A DNA stretch of 63,009 bases, the filler included, from Octopus bimaculoides (lineage: Eukaryota), in NCBI RefSeq assembly GCF_001194135.2. It is 8 parts of 8 records of this genome, joined end to end, with 100 filler letters (N's around TTAATTAATTAA, not from the genome) between each part and the next. Parts side by side here need not be neighbours in the genome. Positions count along the whole stretch, not along the records: positions 38,982 to 52,964 come from NC_068983.1; positions 53,065 to 57,316 come from NC_068993.1; positions 57,417 to 60,187 come from NW_026403431.1; positions 60,288 to 63,009 come from NC_069006.1; 4 more parts are not named here. One strand, written 5' to 3'. Below the pieces are notes generated by a model, which saw only the letters and a program-made list of their open reading frames with translations, made no database searches and was not told the origin of the DNA. A program made the position numbers and the translations under genes. The first letter of the stretch is position 1. The number at the start of each line of letters is the position of its first letter. Positions 50,380 to 63,009 of the stretch are shown piece by piece.

Positions 50380-51060
50380 TTTTTCTCCTCTTTGAACTCT
50401 AGTGTCACTCCTCTGGGGGTTCCTGGCCTTTCTACTAGTCTAATTGTATATTTACCTTATCGAATGCTTTCCTAAAAAGGTATGCTAGTTTGCTGCCAGG
50501 CGTAACATCAGCAAACATGACACTCGTATTTTCTGTTGTCATACCATGAGTTACCTTGTCTCTCTTTTTTCTTGGTCCTTTCTGTGCTGTTCCAGGATTT
50601 ACTCTTGTGTAACGAGCAGATCCCATTTCTATCACTCTCTATCATGGACTTGTGCATAGAGCTCTTCGGAATTACGTACGTTTGTGCTTCTTCGACCAGA
50701 TTATGGACGACAAGCGCCAAATCTGCCATGCAATCCCATGTCGGGACATAAACCAATCTTCGCTACCATTCACGTCTTGCACCACTAACCTACTGACCGG
50801 ATCCAAGAAGACAGACCTTACTTTGAGACCTAACATGTTTCGGAATAGCACTGCTACACTGCTGCTTTCTCCCCACAAGATGAGGATATATCATAGTCTT
50901 CGAAAATGGATGATAGAACATGCTTCCCGGAAATTATTTTCTCATTACCGGAGGTCACATTTAAATCAAGGGACTTGAGGTCATTGCTCAGGGGACCCTG
51001 ATTCCAAACCGAACCCAGTCCCCGAACCTTTACATAGTCTACCTTAAGTGTAGCCATTTA
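50380..51060 (-). mobile_element. Naiad-like PLE, RT thumb/C-terminal fragment
   Basis: Joined frames: LDLNV..KSMIESDRNGICSLHKSKSWNSTERTKKKERQGNSWYDNRKYE..SVMFADVTPGSKLAYLFRKAF..(I)RLVERPGTP, matching recalled motifs of PLEs with C-terminal RT. Confidence 0.6.
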
Positions 51061-52658
51061 AATCAGAGAAAATAAAATGGAGTTATTCAATTGAAACAGT
51101 CTTCCTTTTGGCCGAACGGAGAATGGAAAAGAAAGTTTTTAGGAAGTTTTTGGGAAGTATTTATTAATCCCTCGATTGTCCTGGGGAAACTTTTGTTTTA
51201 AATCTAGATATGTATTTGTATGTGTTTGAAATACCATTCTGTCAGATGGAGTTTTCGGTAGGATTTCAGCAAAACCTTCTTTACTTGCTAGAATGTTTTT
51301 TCTTGTTAATTATTTCCTCACGTTATTCAATGTTGCTCTTCTGAACAACAGTGAAATTGATGAAAGAAATACGTGTGACTGTTGGTCATTTTTGTTTTTC
51401 GGGTGTTTCGTTTTGATTTTTGTGGTTGCGAAGGTGTTGATGCTTATTTATATTCGGTTTTGTGATGGATTCTGTTTTTACCGCTGCGTCTTATGGCCTT
51501 CAATTTGGGTGAGCGTCTGTTTATTTCAGTTTCAGTCGTACTCTTATCCCTGATAATAACTTTATGGTGCGATTTCAACGAGGTCTTTGCTTTTGTGAGG
51601 CTTGGACAGGAGGAAAGAGGCAGACGTGAGCTAGTTGTAGCGTTCATACCTTAAAGATTTAGTAGTGACGGTGGGGAGCTTCGTGATTTCTCCTTCACTG
51701 GGCAAGAGGTATTGAGGTGGTTCGTCTTCTCCCACACGAAACATTTCAGCTTTTTACCTTCTATAAAAATCGGCATCTGTTCTCATTCGGCGAAGCAGGA
51801 AAAAAAAATCGGGAATACGATTTATTTCTTCTGGAGCAATTAGTATATGGAATTCGATAAGAATTCCAGTCCTGATGAGTTGGGAGCCGCACTTCACCTC
51901 CACAATCTCCCCATGATCAACCAGAATGGTTAAAACTCTCACCGAATCACAGTGAATTGGTACATTCTTGACTCGAAATTGAGTCAGCTTGTTACCCAAA
52001 TAATAGGGAATTGTAATAATGAAGTCTGGCTTGTGCAAGTAATAGTTGTCATTATTATTTTTGTTTTTTGCTCGCTGCTGGATATAGCAACAGCCGTCCA
52101 GTATTACATACCTTTGTATATGTGGGTCACATATCTTGAAGGAATGGTTCTGTCTATGCCTGAGTAGGAAACTTAAGATATCTCTCCTTACGAAGAACGC
52201 AATGGTTTCTCGTTCGGAGCGTTTTTTTTTATCTCCTCACTAAATCACTTAAAACCTGGTTTCCAAATGTCATTTTTTATACTGGGGAACTTTACCTTTC
52301 AAATCTTGCACCGAATGCAAGCTCCACTGGTTGACTGCTCTCGAAAACGATAAACTGTTGTCGTTAGTGTTTATGTTATTGCTTCTGTTGTTGTTGTTTT
52401 TGTTTTCCAAAGTTTTCGTTATTACAATTGGTAACATTGATAACTGCATTCATGTTTTAGGCGTTGTTGTTTTTTGTAGTGGTGATGTTGGTGTTGTTGC
52501 TATTGTTTGTAGTAATGGTGTTGGTGATGATGTGGTGGTGGTCGTCGTTGTCATCGTCATCGTTATCATTAATATTACTATTTTTATCATCAATATTAGG
52601 CAGAAGTCGACTTTGTCTTTTATTAGAAAGAATAATTATTATCATTTTCATTGTTGTC

Positions 52659-52659
<1 letters not shown>

Positions 52660-52742
<83 letters not shown>

Positions 52743-52960
52743 TAGTTTTATTTTTATAGCGTGATTTCACTTCACTACCGAGCGCAGCTCTGTGTGCCTT
52801 GGGTATGTGCTGTGGTTTGCTGTGGTGCTCTTATGTTTACTGTATTGAAAGTGTTTTGCGTAGAATGTGTGCAGTGCCCAGTAGTGCAATTTTCTGTATG
52901 TAATATATATTTGTAAGTCCTGGTGTTTTTGTTATGTATTTGTCTGAATATTTTTTTTAT
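52660..52960 (-). mobile_element. R4/Dong-type LINE 3' end with (TAA)n tail
   Basis: Minus strand reads IYYIQKIALLGTAHILRKTLSIQ*, followed by a short 3' UTR and then (AAT)n. Confidence 0.75.
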
Positions 52961-53064
52961 TATANNNNNNNNNNNNNNNNNNNNNNNNNNNNNNNNNNNN
53001 NNNNNNNNTTAATTAATTAANNNNNNNNNNNNNNNNNNNNNNNNNNNNNNNNNNNNNNNNNNNN

Positions 53065-53125
<61 letters not shown>

Positions 53126-54087
53126 TGTGCGTGTGAAAGAGAGAAAGGAGTGGAGAATAATTGTCGGAGATGGCTTCATCACATCTATAGATAAAAAGCG
53201 CTAGTTTTTCTTGATAATTTAGTTCAGTATATTAGCAAAAGGTCAAATTCACACAAAAGGTCATCTCGTAACACTAAGTAAAGGTCATGATGTAATTTTA
53301 ATGAAGTAGCATATTTTAAATGTCCCAACAATTCGACTTGACGAAAGAATATTGAATAGAAGACTTTCAAATTCTATGAATTGTGTTTAAAGGTGAGATA
53401 GTAGATGACAACAAACAAACTAAACCGAAATATACTCATTTACAACATAAATGGTATAAGAATCGTCGATAACGTCGACGACGATGACAAAAACAACAAC
53501 AGCAACAACTAGAAAACATCGCAATATTAACTGAATTATTTCGTTCGTTTTCTTTTTATTGTTATGTTCTTCTTATTATTGTTATTCTCTTGCTGTTTTG
53601 AAACAGTGTTATGGTAAGGACAATAACATTTTAGAGCGAATTTGTTTGGTTTTCGTGTAGAATATTCAAAGACAGATTGCTGAATATATTTGCTAGATTC
53701 CTATTCGTTTACAAGACTGAATAAAAAGACGTCGAATGTTTTTGATTTTTCCAATTCTCTCTTGTGTGTACACAGCTATGGCGTACACAAAGAAACCTTC
53801 CAAATTTTAAAAGTTGGTTCCAGTGAAAGTAATGACCAAATTAAATTACAAAATTCTAACTTATTTCCGAAAGAAAGTTAGTTTTCTGGCTTATATAACA
53901 TTACGAGTGCAAACTAACATTTTTAGAACTCGGCGTAGGAAGAACATATTTATTGTCAGAGTAAAGAAATAGTGCAATTGTGTTACCGTTATTTAATTAT
54001 TTATTTATTTATTCTTTCATTTTTCTATTTGTTTCTTTACTTTTCTCTCCTCCTCCTCCTCCTCATCATCATCATCGTCTTTTTTCA

Positions 54088-54166
<79 letters not shown>

Positions 54167-54636
54167 TCTATCTTTCTATATTTTATATACTCTTTTTGTT
54201 TTCTTTTTTTCGTTTTTTTTTTCTTTTTTGTNNNNNNNNNNNNNNNNNNNNNNNNNNNNNNNNNNNNNNNNNNNNNNNNNNNNNNNNNNNNNNNNNNNNN
54301 NNNNNNNNNNNNNNNNNNNNNNNNNNNNNNNNNNNNNNNNNNNNNNNNNNNNNNNNNNNNNNNNNNNNNNNNNNNNNNNNNNNNNNNNNNNNNNNNNNNN
54401 NNNNNNNNNNNNNNNNNNNNNNNNNNNNNNNNNNNNNNNNNNNNNNNNNNNNNNNNNNNNNNNNNNNNNNNNNNNNNNNNNNNNNNNNNNNNNNNNNNNN
54501 NNNAAGAAACACATTTTCACAAGAAACGCCGATTCATTTTCTGATATTTCAATGCATAACTAATTAATTATTATTTAACATTATCTTTGCCCGTGAAAAA
54601 TAAAATGTCACAAATAATAATAATAATAATAATAAC

Positions 54637-54689
<53 letters not shown>

Positions 54690-54934
54690 TAATAATAAGT
54701 AAGTGTTCTGACGTGTTTTAAAGATGGCGCTGTTTGTCATCTTTAGAAAGCAATAATTCGAGTGGAATAACTTTTAAGGAAATTAAAGACAAACACGTGT
54801 TGGGATATATATGTCTTCGGAGATAGAGATAGTTAAATCTAAGCAAACACTATATATACAGACTTGTATTCTATTCGCTAAAGAAACATCTAAATTACCT
54901 ACCTACCTATCTACCTACCTACCTACCTACTTAC

Positions 54935-54976
<42 letters not shown>

Positions 54977-54996
54977 ATCATCATCATCATTATTAT

Positions 54997-55450
54997 AATG
55001 CGCTAGCAGAGTCATTAGCATGCTGGATGGAATGCTTAGCTGTTTTTCGCCTATCTCTACGTTCTGAGTTCAAATTCCGCCGAGGTCGACTTTGCATTTC
55101 ATCCTTTCGGGTTCGATTACTTAAGTACCAGTGAGATACTGAGGTCGATGTAATCGACTAGCCCCCATTCCCCACCAAACTTCAGGTCTTGTACGTATAT
55201 TAAAAAGGATTATTATTATTGTTGTTCTTGTTATTAATATTGCAATGGTGCGCCGGCAGAATCATTAGAACAGATACAATGATTCACGGCATTTCTTCAG
55301 TTTTTTAGTTTCTGAGTTCATATTCCACCAAGGTCCACTTTGCCCTTCATTCTTACAGGATCAGTTCAACACTGGGGGTCAATGTAATCGATTTTCCTTT
55401 CGCCCCATAAAAAATTTCAGATTTTATGCCCATACTTGAAAGAATTTTTA
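54997..55450 (+). mobile_element. Two tandem tRNA/Deu(Nin)-type SINEs
   Basis: Units at about 54997-55215 and 55245-55450, each with ctgagttca(a/t)attcc(g/a)cc..ctttgc..tcat.. Confidence 0.8.
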
Positions 55451-55962
55451 TTACTGTTATAAATGTTGTTGTTGTTGTTGTTGTCGTCGTCGTCGTCGTC
55501 GTCATTAAATCAAAACTCTCAATATGATTTGAGGAGAGAAATATTTATCTGTTACGAAATCATTAGCAGCTAATCAATCATTTAACAACAGACGAAAGTT
55601 AAAAACAAAACATGAACAAGTAGACATTTTATGTCAATAAGGATTACTTTGTAAAAAGAAATTTACTGTCTACATACGAAGTGAATTTCTTTTTTATTTT
55701 TTCTATTCTTTTAGCTCAGCCAGGTCTTGTTTAATCTATGAAATAAGACGGCATTATATATTGGAAAGTAATTCACTACTTTACTGTCTACATATCTCGA
55801 TTTCGCCTGTCTATACTAGCATACATTTGAATATCAAAGGCGTCCTTTAAAACACGAACGCGCGCGGGCAAACATACGCAAGCACTACACACACACACAC
55901 ACATACATAGACACCTCTACATCTATATATAAAATATATATTTAACATATACATAATTCCAT

Positions 55963-56008
<46 letters not shown>

Positions 56009-56490
56009 GTCAGTCTATCTATCTATCTATTTATTTATCTATCNNNNNNNNNNNNNNNNNNNNNNNNNNNNNNNNNNNNNNNNNNNNNNNNNNNNNNNNN
56101 NNNNNNNNNNNNNNNNNNNNNNNNNNNNNNNNNNNNNNNNNNNNNNNNNNNNNNNNNNNNNNNNNNNNNNNNNNNNNNNNNNNNNNNNNNNNNNNNNNNN
56201 NNNNNNNNNNNNNNNNNNNNNNNNNNNNNNNNNNNNNNNNNNNNNNNNNNNNNNNNNNNNNNNNNNNNNNNNNNNNNNNNNNNNNNNNNNNNNNNNNNNN
56301 NNNNNNNNNNNNNNNNNNNNNNNNNNNNNNNNNNNNNNNNNNNNNNNNNNNNNNNNNNNNNNNNNNNNNNNNNNNNNNNNNNNNNNNNNNNNNNNNNNNN
56401 NNNNNNNNNNNNNNNNNNNNNNNNNNNNNNNNNNNNNNNNNNNNNNNNNNNNNNNNNNTATATATATGTATGTATGTATGTATATATATA

Positions 56491-56530
<40 letters not shown>

Positions 56531-57247
56531 GTACGTAAATACACACACGCGCGCACACACGCGCGCACACACGCGCGCACACACGCGCCCACATAAGGAA
56601 GTAGAATACGAGAGAGTGTTTAGAAGATATCTAGTTACACCATCTTACGTGTGTTTCAATCACAAACGGCGGTTATTAGTTACATAACGTAAATCACATA
56701 CTGAAAACCTCATGTCGAATCGTCAGAGACATGTAACCTTTATACGTAGCATTATTGAGCGACAGAAATGTTGACAGCTGCAAGTTTTATGGAGATAACG
56801 AGTGAACGTATTCAATTAACAATGAGAACTACATAAGTATATGTGTATACACACACAGAGAACTATATAAATATACCTGTATACACACACACACGCGCGC
56901 ATAAACGCACACGAATGTACAGCTGCAACACTATATTTCCGCCACCATTGGTCGCAAAGCCACACTGAAGGTAGCAGCTTTGGTGATCCAATAGTGGTCA
57001 CTATTGCTAGTATTCTATAATCAATGTCATTATGTGCCTTTTGTATCTCTAAATTAACACAGACTGCTGGAGTCTTAAACTCCATCTCTACCTACAGAGT
57101 AAGCGATCTAAAATTGTGTGGTTACACGCAACACTATCTGTGGGCCGCCTAGTAAACAAGTCCGGTCACCACAGGAATTTCAAGTTCCTGGTAGAAATTT
57201 TGTCAGTATTAAAAGAGTTATCGGACTAGCCGTTACCACAAATTCTG

Positions 57248-57316
<69 letters not shown>

Positions 57317-57577
57317 NNNNNNNNNNNNNNNNNNNNNNNNNNNNNNNNNNNNNNNNNNNNTTAATTAATTAANNNNNNNNNNNNNNNNNNNNNNNNNNNN
57401 NNNNNNNNNNNNNNNNACTGCGATTTTACACACACACACACACATATACATACACACATATATATATATACATACATAGACCTACATATATATATAAATA
57501 CATATATACACATACATATAGATACATATACACACACACACATATATATAAACATACATATGTATATATATATATCT

Positions 57578-57740
57578 GAGTGGTTGGCGTTAGGAAGGGC
57601 ATCCAGCTGTAGAAACTCTGCCAAATCAGACTGGAGCCTGGTGTTGCCATCCGGTTTCACCAGTCCTCAGTCAAATCGTCCAACCCATGCTAGCATGGAA
57701 AGCGGACGTTAAACGATGATGATGATGATGATGATGATAT
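57578..57740 (+). mobile_element. RTE-LINE 3' end / RTE-tailed SINE with (GAT)n tail
   Basis: gagtggttggcgttaggaagggcatccagctgtagaaac...gcatggaaagcggacgttaaacgatgatgatgat. Confidence 0.8.
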
Positions 57741-58650
57741 GTGTGTGCGTGTATGTATATATGTATGTATCTTCAGAAGTGGGGGCGCCATTTTACTATT
57801 AAATACACATACAGTGGTTCAATCTATCTATCTACCTATATATATATATATATATATATCCACACACACACATAGATAGATACACATTNNNNNNNNNNNN
57901 NNNNNNNNNNNNNNNNNNNNNNNNNNNNNNNNNNNNNNNNNNNNNNNNNNNNNNNNNNNNNNNNNNNNNNNNNNNNNNNNNNNNNNNNNNNNNNNNNNNN
58001 NNNNNNNNNNNNNNNNNNNNNNNNNNNNNNNNNNNNNNNNNNNNNNNNNNNNNNNNNNNNNNNNNNNNNNNNNNNNNNNNNNNNNNNNNNNNNNNNNNNN
58101 NNNNNNNNNNNNNNNNNNNNNNNNNNNNNNNNNNNNNNNNNNNNNNNNNNNNNNNNNNNNNNNNNNNNNNNNNNNNNNNNNNNNNNNNNNNNNNNNNNNN
58201 NNNNNNNNNNNNNNNNNNNNNNNNNNNNNNNNNNNNNNNNNNNNNNNNNNNNNNNNNNNNNNNNNNNNNNNNNNNNNNNNNNNNNNNNNNNNNNNNNNNN
58301 NNNNNNNNNNNNNNNNNNNNNNNNNNNNNNNNNNNNNNNNNNNNNNNNNNNNNNNNNNNNNNNNNNNNNNNNNNNNNNNNNNNNNNNNNNNNNNNNNNNN
58401 NNNNNNNNNNNNNNNNNNNNNNNNNNNNNNNNNNNNNNNNNNNNNNNNNNNNNNNNNNNNNNNNNNNNNNNNNNNNNNNNNNNNNNNNNNNNNNNNNNNN
58501 NNNNNNNNNNNNNNNNNNNNNNNNNNNNNNNNNNNNNNNNNNNNNNNNNNNNNNNNNNNNNNNNNNNNNNNNNNNNNNNNNNNNNNNNNNNNNNNNNNNN
58601 NNNNNNNNNNNNNNNNNNNNNNNNNNNNNNNNNNNNNNNNNNNNNNNNNN

Positions 58651-58805
58651 GTTGTGGTCATCGTCGTTGTAATCATCACCATCGTCATTGTCATCATCAT
58701 TGTCATTGTAGTCATCATCATCATCATCATCATCACCGTCATCATCATCACCATCATCATCATCATCCCTATCATCATCATCATCATCAAGGCCATCATT
58801 GTTAT

Positions 58806-58840
<35 letters not shown>

Positions 58841-59060
58841 ATGTTGTTGTCGTCATTGTCATTGTCATCATCAGCATTGTTGTTGTCATCATCATGGCCA
58901 TCATCATCATCATCGTTATCATCATCAACAACATCATCATTGTCATAATGTTCATCATCATCGGTATTTCTATGGTCATTGATGCGGATAGCTATGCTGA
59001 TTCCTCAACAGGAACATGCTTATCTCCCACCACCACCACCACCACCACCACCACTACATC
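58651..59060. repeat. Degenerate (CAT)n/(CAC)n microsatellite
   Basis: Directly visible; source of the poly-M and poly-I ORFs. Confidence 0.95.
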
Positions 59061-59149
59061 CAAGTAACCAACTCATCCCTTAGCATAAAGCTGACCCCCA
59101 TCACCACTTCCCCCAGGTCTCCTAGTCCTTTGAATTACATGGCAACTCG

Positions 59150-59280
59150 AGCAGTATGGGTGGCATGAGAAAAGCACTCAATACACATTGTAAAACGGCT
59201 GGTGTTAGGAAGGGCAACCAACCATAAAATACCCATGCCAGCATGAAACATGGACGTTAAATGATGATGATAATGATGGT
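59150..59280 (+). mobile_element. Degenerate RTE-tail repeat
   Basis: ggctggtgttaggaagggcaacc..cccatgccagcatgaaacatggacgttaaatgatgatga. Confidence 0.65.
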
Positions 59281-59327
59281 TGCTCTGATGAAGTTACTGG
59301 TTTAGTACTCTCTGTGATAACCTTTAA

Positions 59328-59548
59328 CCCTTTAGTGTTTAAACTGGCTATATCCGGCCCAAATATTCTACACATTTTATGCTCAAACTGGCTAGAACCA
59401 ACATCTCACACCAACCCTGCAATGTCATTCTAAAAATAAGCAATTACAACTTTCCTATCTTGAAGCTACAAAATAATATCAGATAATTTTTTTTTAAATG
59501 TGAATAAATAAGGGTTACTTTTGACAAATTAATCTGAACGCTAAAGGG
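59328..59548. mobile_element. piggyBac-type MITE with intact TTAA target sites
   Basis: TTAA|CCCTTTAGTGTT...AACGCTAAAGGG|TTAA. Confidence 0.85.
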
Positions 59549-59727
59549 TTAAACATGTTACCTGCTCTTCTTCCCAGCCATATTGTGTCTCTGTTGAGCT
59601 TCCTGTTACTTATAAGTCCTATATATAAGTCCTCAGGACTACCATGTTATGTTGGTAAACAATCTTTACTGCAAACTACAGTTGCTGAATATCTCACGTT
59701 GTGAGATCTAAAAAATAGTAATTTTCT

Positions 59728-60187
59728 AAATGACAAACTTGTTGATATGACTGGTGTGTCCTGGAGATCCTGCCAATGAATTTTGAGTGAGGAATTGCGA
59801 ATGGAAAGAATTTCAGCAAAATTTGTGCCCTGCTTGTTCACAGAAGATCAAAAGCAGCCATGATGGAATGCGTGTTGTGAACTGAAAGAACAACTGGAAG
59901 TTGACCTGGACTTTTTTTTCAAAGGTCATCACTGGTGATTTAGGAATGGTCACGTGTCGCTTGAGGACCAACCTTGTTCATGGTGACCGTTGACCTCTTG
60001 AACAAATGAAAACATCCTGATAATTCATGAACTGATCTTGGAGGACCATCACCAAACAATTGACAAACTTGTTGATGTGACTGATGTGTTCTGGAGCTCC
60101 TGCCAACGAATTTTGAGCAAGGAATTGCGAACGAAACGAGTTGCAGCAAAATTTGTGTCTTGCTTGCTCACAGAAGATCAAAAGCAG
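59728..60187 (+). mobile_element. Mariner (DD34D) transposase remnants, two overlapping partial copies
   Basis: LEDQP..T.EN..IHELILEDHHQTIDKLVDV..CQRILSKELRTKRVAAKFVSCLLTEDQKQ; the first copy reaches KVITGD. Confidence 0.85.
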
Positions 60188-60589
60188 NNNNNNNNNNNNN
60201 NNNNNNNNNNNNNNNNNNNNNNNNNNNNNNNTTAATTAATTAANNNNNNNNNNNNNNNNNNNNNNNNNNNNNNNNNNNNNNNNNNNNTATATATATATAT
60301 ATATATTGTTTCACTTCACTGAGCAGAAGTTTCTTTCGTTTTTGAACATTTTTATCGTCTAAAAAAATATGGCCACTTCACTTAAAAAAAAAAAGAAAGG
60401 AAAATATATTAATACATGTTATATGTGCTCTCTTTCTGTCGTTCCCGCTCTTTGTCTCTCTTCTCTCTCACTCTCTACTTTAATCACACACAGCATACAC
60501 ACGTATCTATAATATAACTATACACACGCATATACACATACACACTTACACACTCATATATAGATATATGCATAAATATATGTACGTAC

Positions 60590-61440
60590 GTACATATAAA
60601 GAAATCACCTTCAATAATTGAGTCTCAAACCACCTACTATCTATTATCAAACAGGTCACCAAAATCATAAGTAAACACATTTCTGGCTTATCCAGACGAA
60701 ACCACATTCAATAAAGCCGTCCCACACTACAACAACGCACTACCGAGATCCGCCTTCAATGAAGACATCACCTACATTGAACCCACTCCAGCATGAACCA
60801 GGAGACGTAAGCGCAGGGAGATCCAGTGGTTCAATCCACCGTATAGTATGGATATAGTTACAAACTAGTTAGACGTTTCCTCATTCTGGTCGACACTCAT
60901 TTCCCACCAGCGTATAGATATCATCGAATATTCAACAGAAATATTTTAAAAGTAAGTTATAGCTGCTTCCCTAATATGGGTTCACAAATACTCAACCAGA
61001 GCAACGAAAAAGAAAAATGAACATAAGCAAGTCTACACAATGTTCACGTCGCTATAAATCGCCCGATCATTATCCTTTGAACAACAAATGCCCTGAAGAG
61101 GGAAGTGTACAGAGACAACAACTCCGATGTGAAAAGCACAATTAAAAATCAATACTGAACTTACAGGGAACACCTTTAAAGAAAGATTCACATATGGCTT
61201 CGTTTAGAGAGAAAAGCATACGTTACGCAACATCATCATACAAATATATATGGATAAGGAACGCGGAATGACTAACCCATTCGTAAGCTAGAGTATTATT
61301 ACTAAAACTAATAAATATAATGGGTGAAGCAGTAATTATAAACTCTTCCTTGTAGAGAAGATAAAAGTATTGACTTTGTCGTTTTATAAACACGATGTAA
61401 AATTGGAAACATCCTGTCTTTGCTTACATAGAAGGCATTT
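60590..61440 (+). mobile_element. Second C-terminal-EN Penelope-like element, 3' fragment
   Basis: RRKRREIQWFNPPYSMDIVTN..FPPAYRYHRIFNRNILKVSYSCFPNMG, plus a decayed GIY-YIG tail (..YKLFLVEKIKVL). Confidence 0.8.
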
Positions 61441-61739
61441 CAAATTACAAAATTTTAAACATACCGTCATCCCAGTCGGACCACAGACTCTACCGCATCT
61501 CACAATCCCAATCCCAACAGCATGTGTGTGTGGGGGTGTAGATATGTATGTATGTATGTATGTATGTACGTATTAATGTTTGTTTTGGGAGTTGAGTTAT
61601 TATAAAAACAATTTAATATTAAACTGAACAATTAACACTTCTTTGTAGAGTATATTGCTTGTTTATCACGTTTTTACAAGAGGGATAAGAGTGGTTTCGA
61701 AGTTTGAACCAACTAGCTTTAAGCACATATACACGAATA

Positions 61740-61860
61740 TAGACAGACAGACAGATAGACAGCTAGCTAGCTAGCTAGCTAGCTAGATAGATAGATAGAT
61801 AGATAGACATACATACATATATACATATACATATATATATAGATATAGATACATAGATAA

Positions 61861-61928
<68 letters not shown>

Positions 61929-61937
61929 GTAGGTAGG

Positions 61938-61992
<55 letters not shown>

Positions 61993-62470
61993 GTAGATAT
62001 TAGTTTTCCTTGTTTATTAACATACATTTTATTAATTTCATAAAGTGTTTAAACTTTTTAAGAAAATACTGGTTACAACCCCCACCGCATCGCTTGCCAC
62101 AATAAAGAAATTCATAAATAAAATGGAAAGGCAGTCAGTGAGGAAGGAAGGAAGAAAGAAAGAAAAAAAGAAAGAACGAAAGAGAGAAAGAAGGGAAGAA
62201 AGAAAGAAAGAAAGAATTAAGGAACCTCCACCCTTACTTTAACGCTTATTAAGACATCTTTTCTAAAGAGATTAAAATAAATTGCTTTCAGCTTTGCTAT
62301 TTGTTTGATACATTCATAATCTCTTAAATAACTAAAAGAGAGAAAACGAAGAAGACATAATCAAAAAAAAAAAAAAATTTTTTTTAAAGGAAATAATAAA
62401 TAAAATAATAAATAATAACAGCAGTAGTGGCGGCGGCGGCAGTGGTGGCGTTGGTGGTATAATGACAATG

Positions 62471-62537
<67 letters not shown>

Positions 62538-62830
62538 CGACGACGACGACGATGATGATCATGATCATGAGGAGGATGATGATGATGATGATGATGAGGA
62601 GGAGGAGGAGGAGGAGGAGAATAAAACAATTAATAATAATTAAAAATGATGATGATGAGGATGATAAAGGTGGTGTCAATGACGATAATGTTGACGTTAT
62701 TGATAATAATTATGATGATGATGATGATGATGATGAAGTTGCGGTTGATAATAATAATAACAACAATAATAATAATAATAATAATAGTAATAATAATGAG
62801 AAGGAGGAGGAGGAGGAGGAGGATAAAGAA
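61740..62830. repeat. (GATA)n, (GAAA)n and (GAT/GAG/AAT)n microsatellite cluster
   Basis: Directly visible. Confidence 0.9.
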
Positions 62831-63009
62831 ATGAAATTAAGATTCATTTCTACTTTGAAATTCATATATTTATTGTTCCGTCAATTTACCACCACCACCA
62901 TCACCCGCCCACCCCTTTGCTCCCCCACTCCATTTTTTCTTTTTTTTTTTGTTACAGCTTCTTTCATACTTCCTTGCATCTTTGAGAGATATTGGTTGTA
63001 TTTTGTAAG

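Noticed and set aside
53452-53472. WYKNRR* as the missing homeodomain helix-3 exon
   Set aside because: There is no AG acceptor 9 nt upstream of the Trp codon, an immediate stop follows, and it sits in low-complexity sequence.
56816-57095. Minus-strand ORF/exon candidate (VEMEFKTPAVCVNLEIQKAHNDIDYRILAIV..)
   Set aside because: No recognisable homology, a weak donor and no partner exons; cannot be supported.

Overview
AT-rich, microsatellite-dense, gapped animal genomic DNA. The SINE/LINE repertoire points to an octopus (coleoid cephalopod) scaffold; this is inference from repeat families recalled from memory. Most ORFs in the supplied track are microsatellite or TE noise. Reading splice signals by hand gives three spliced genes that the ORF track largely misses. 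(1) A compact 3-exon + strand gene (TATA 10452; CDS 10526-10562, 12771-12861, 13175-13217) encodes a 56-aa precursor with a signal peptide and a 39-aa, 4-Cys mature peptide that I cannot assign to any family. (2) A minus-strand PHF24/GINIP-like EF-hand gene lies at about 25.8-27.9 kb. (3) A divergent ANTP-class homeobox gene on the + strand (36.3-36.9 kb) has a GC-AG intron at the canonical homeodomain 44/45 position, and its helix-3 exon is not visible in the window. Other content: a nad1 NUMT, hammerhead-ribozyme-like motifs (including an inverted pair), a ~2.4 kb fold-back, a minisatellite made of a SINE core, and decayed Penelope-like, HERO, RTE, Tx1/L1, CR1/L2, R4/Dong, mariner, hAT, piggyBac-MITE and Helitron-type elements. 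All family assignments come from recalled motifs, not database searches, and TE boundaries are approximate.
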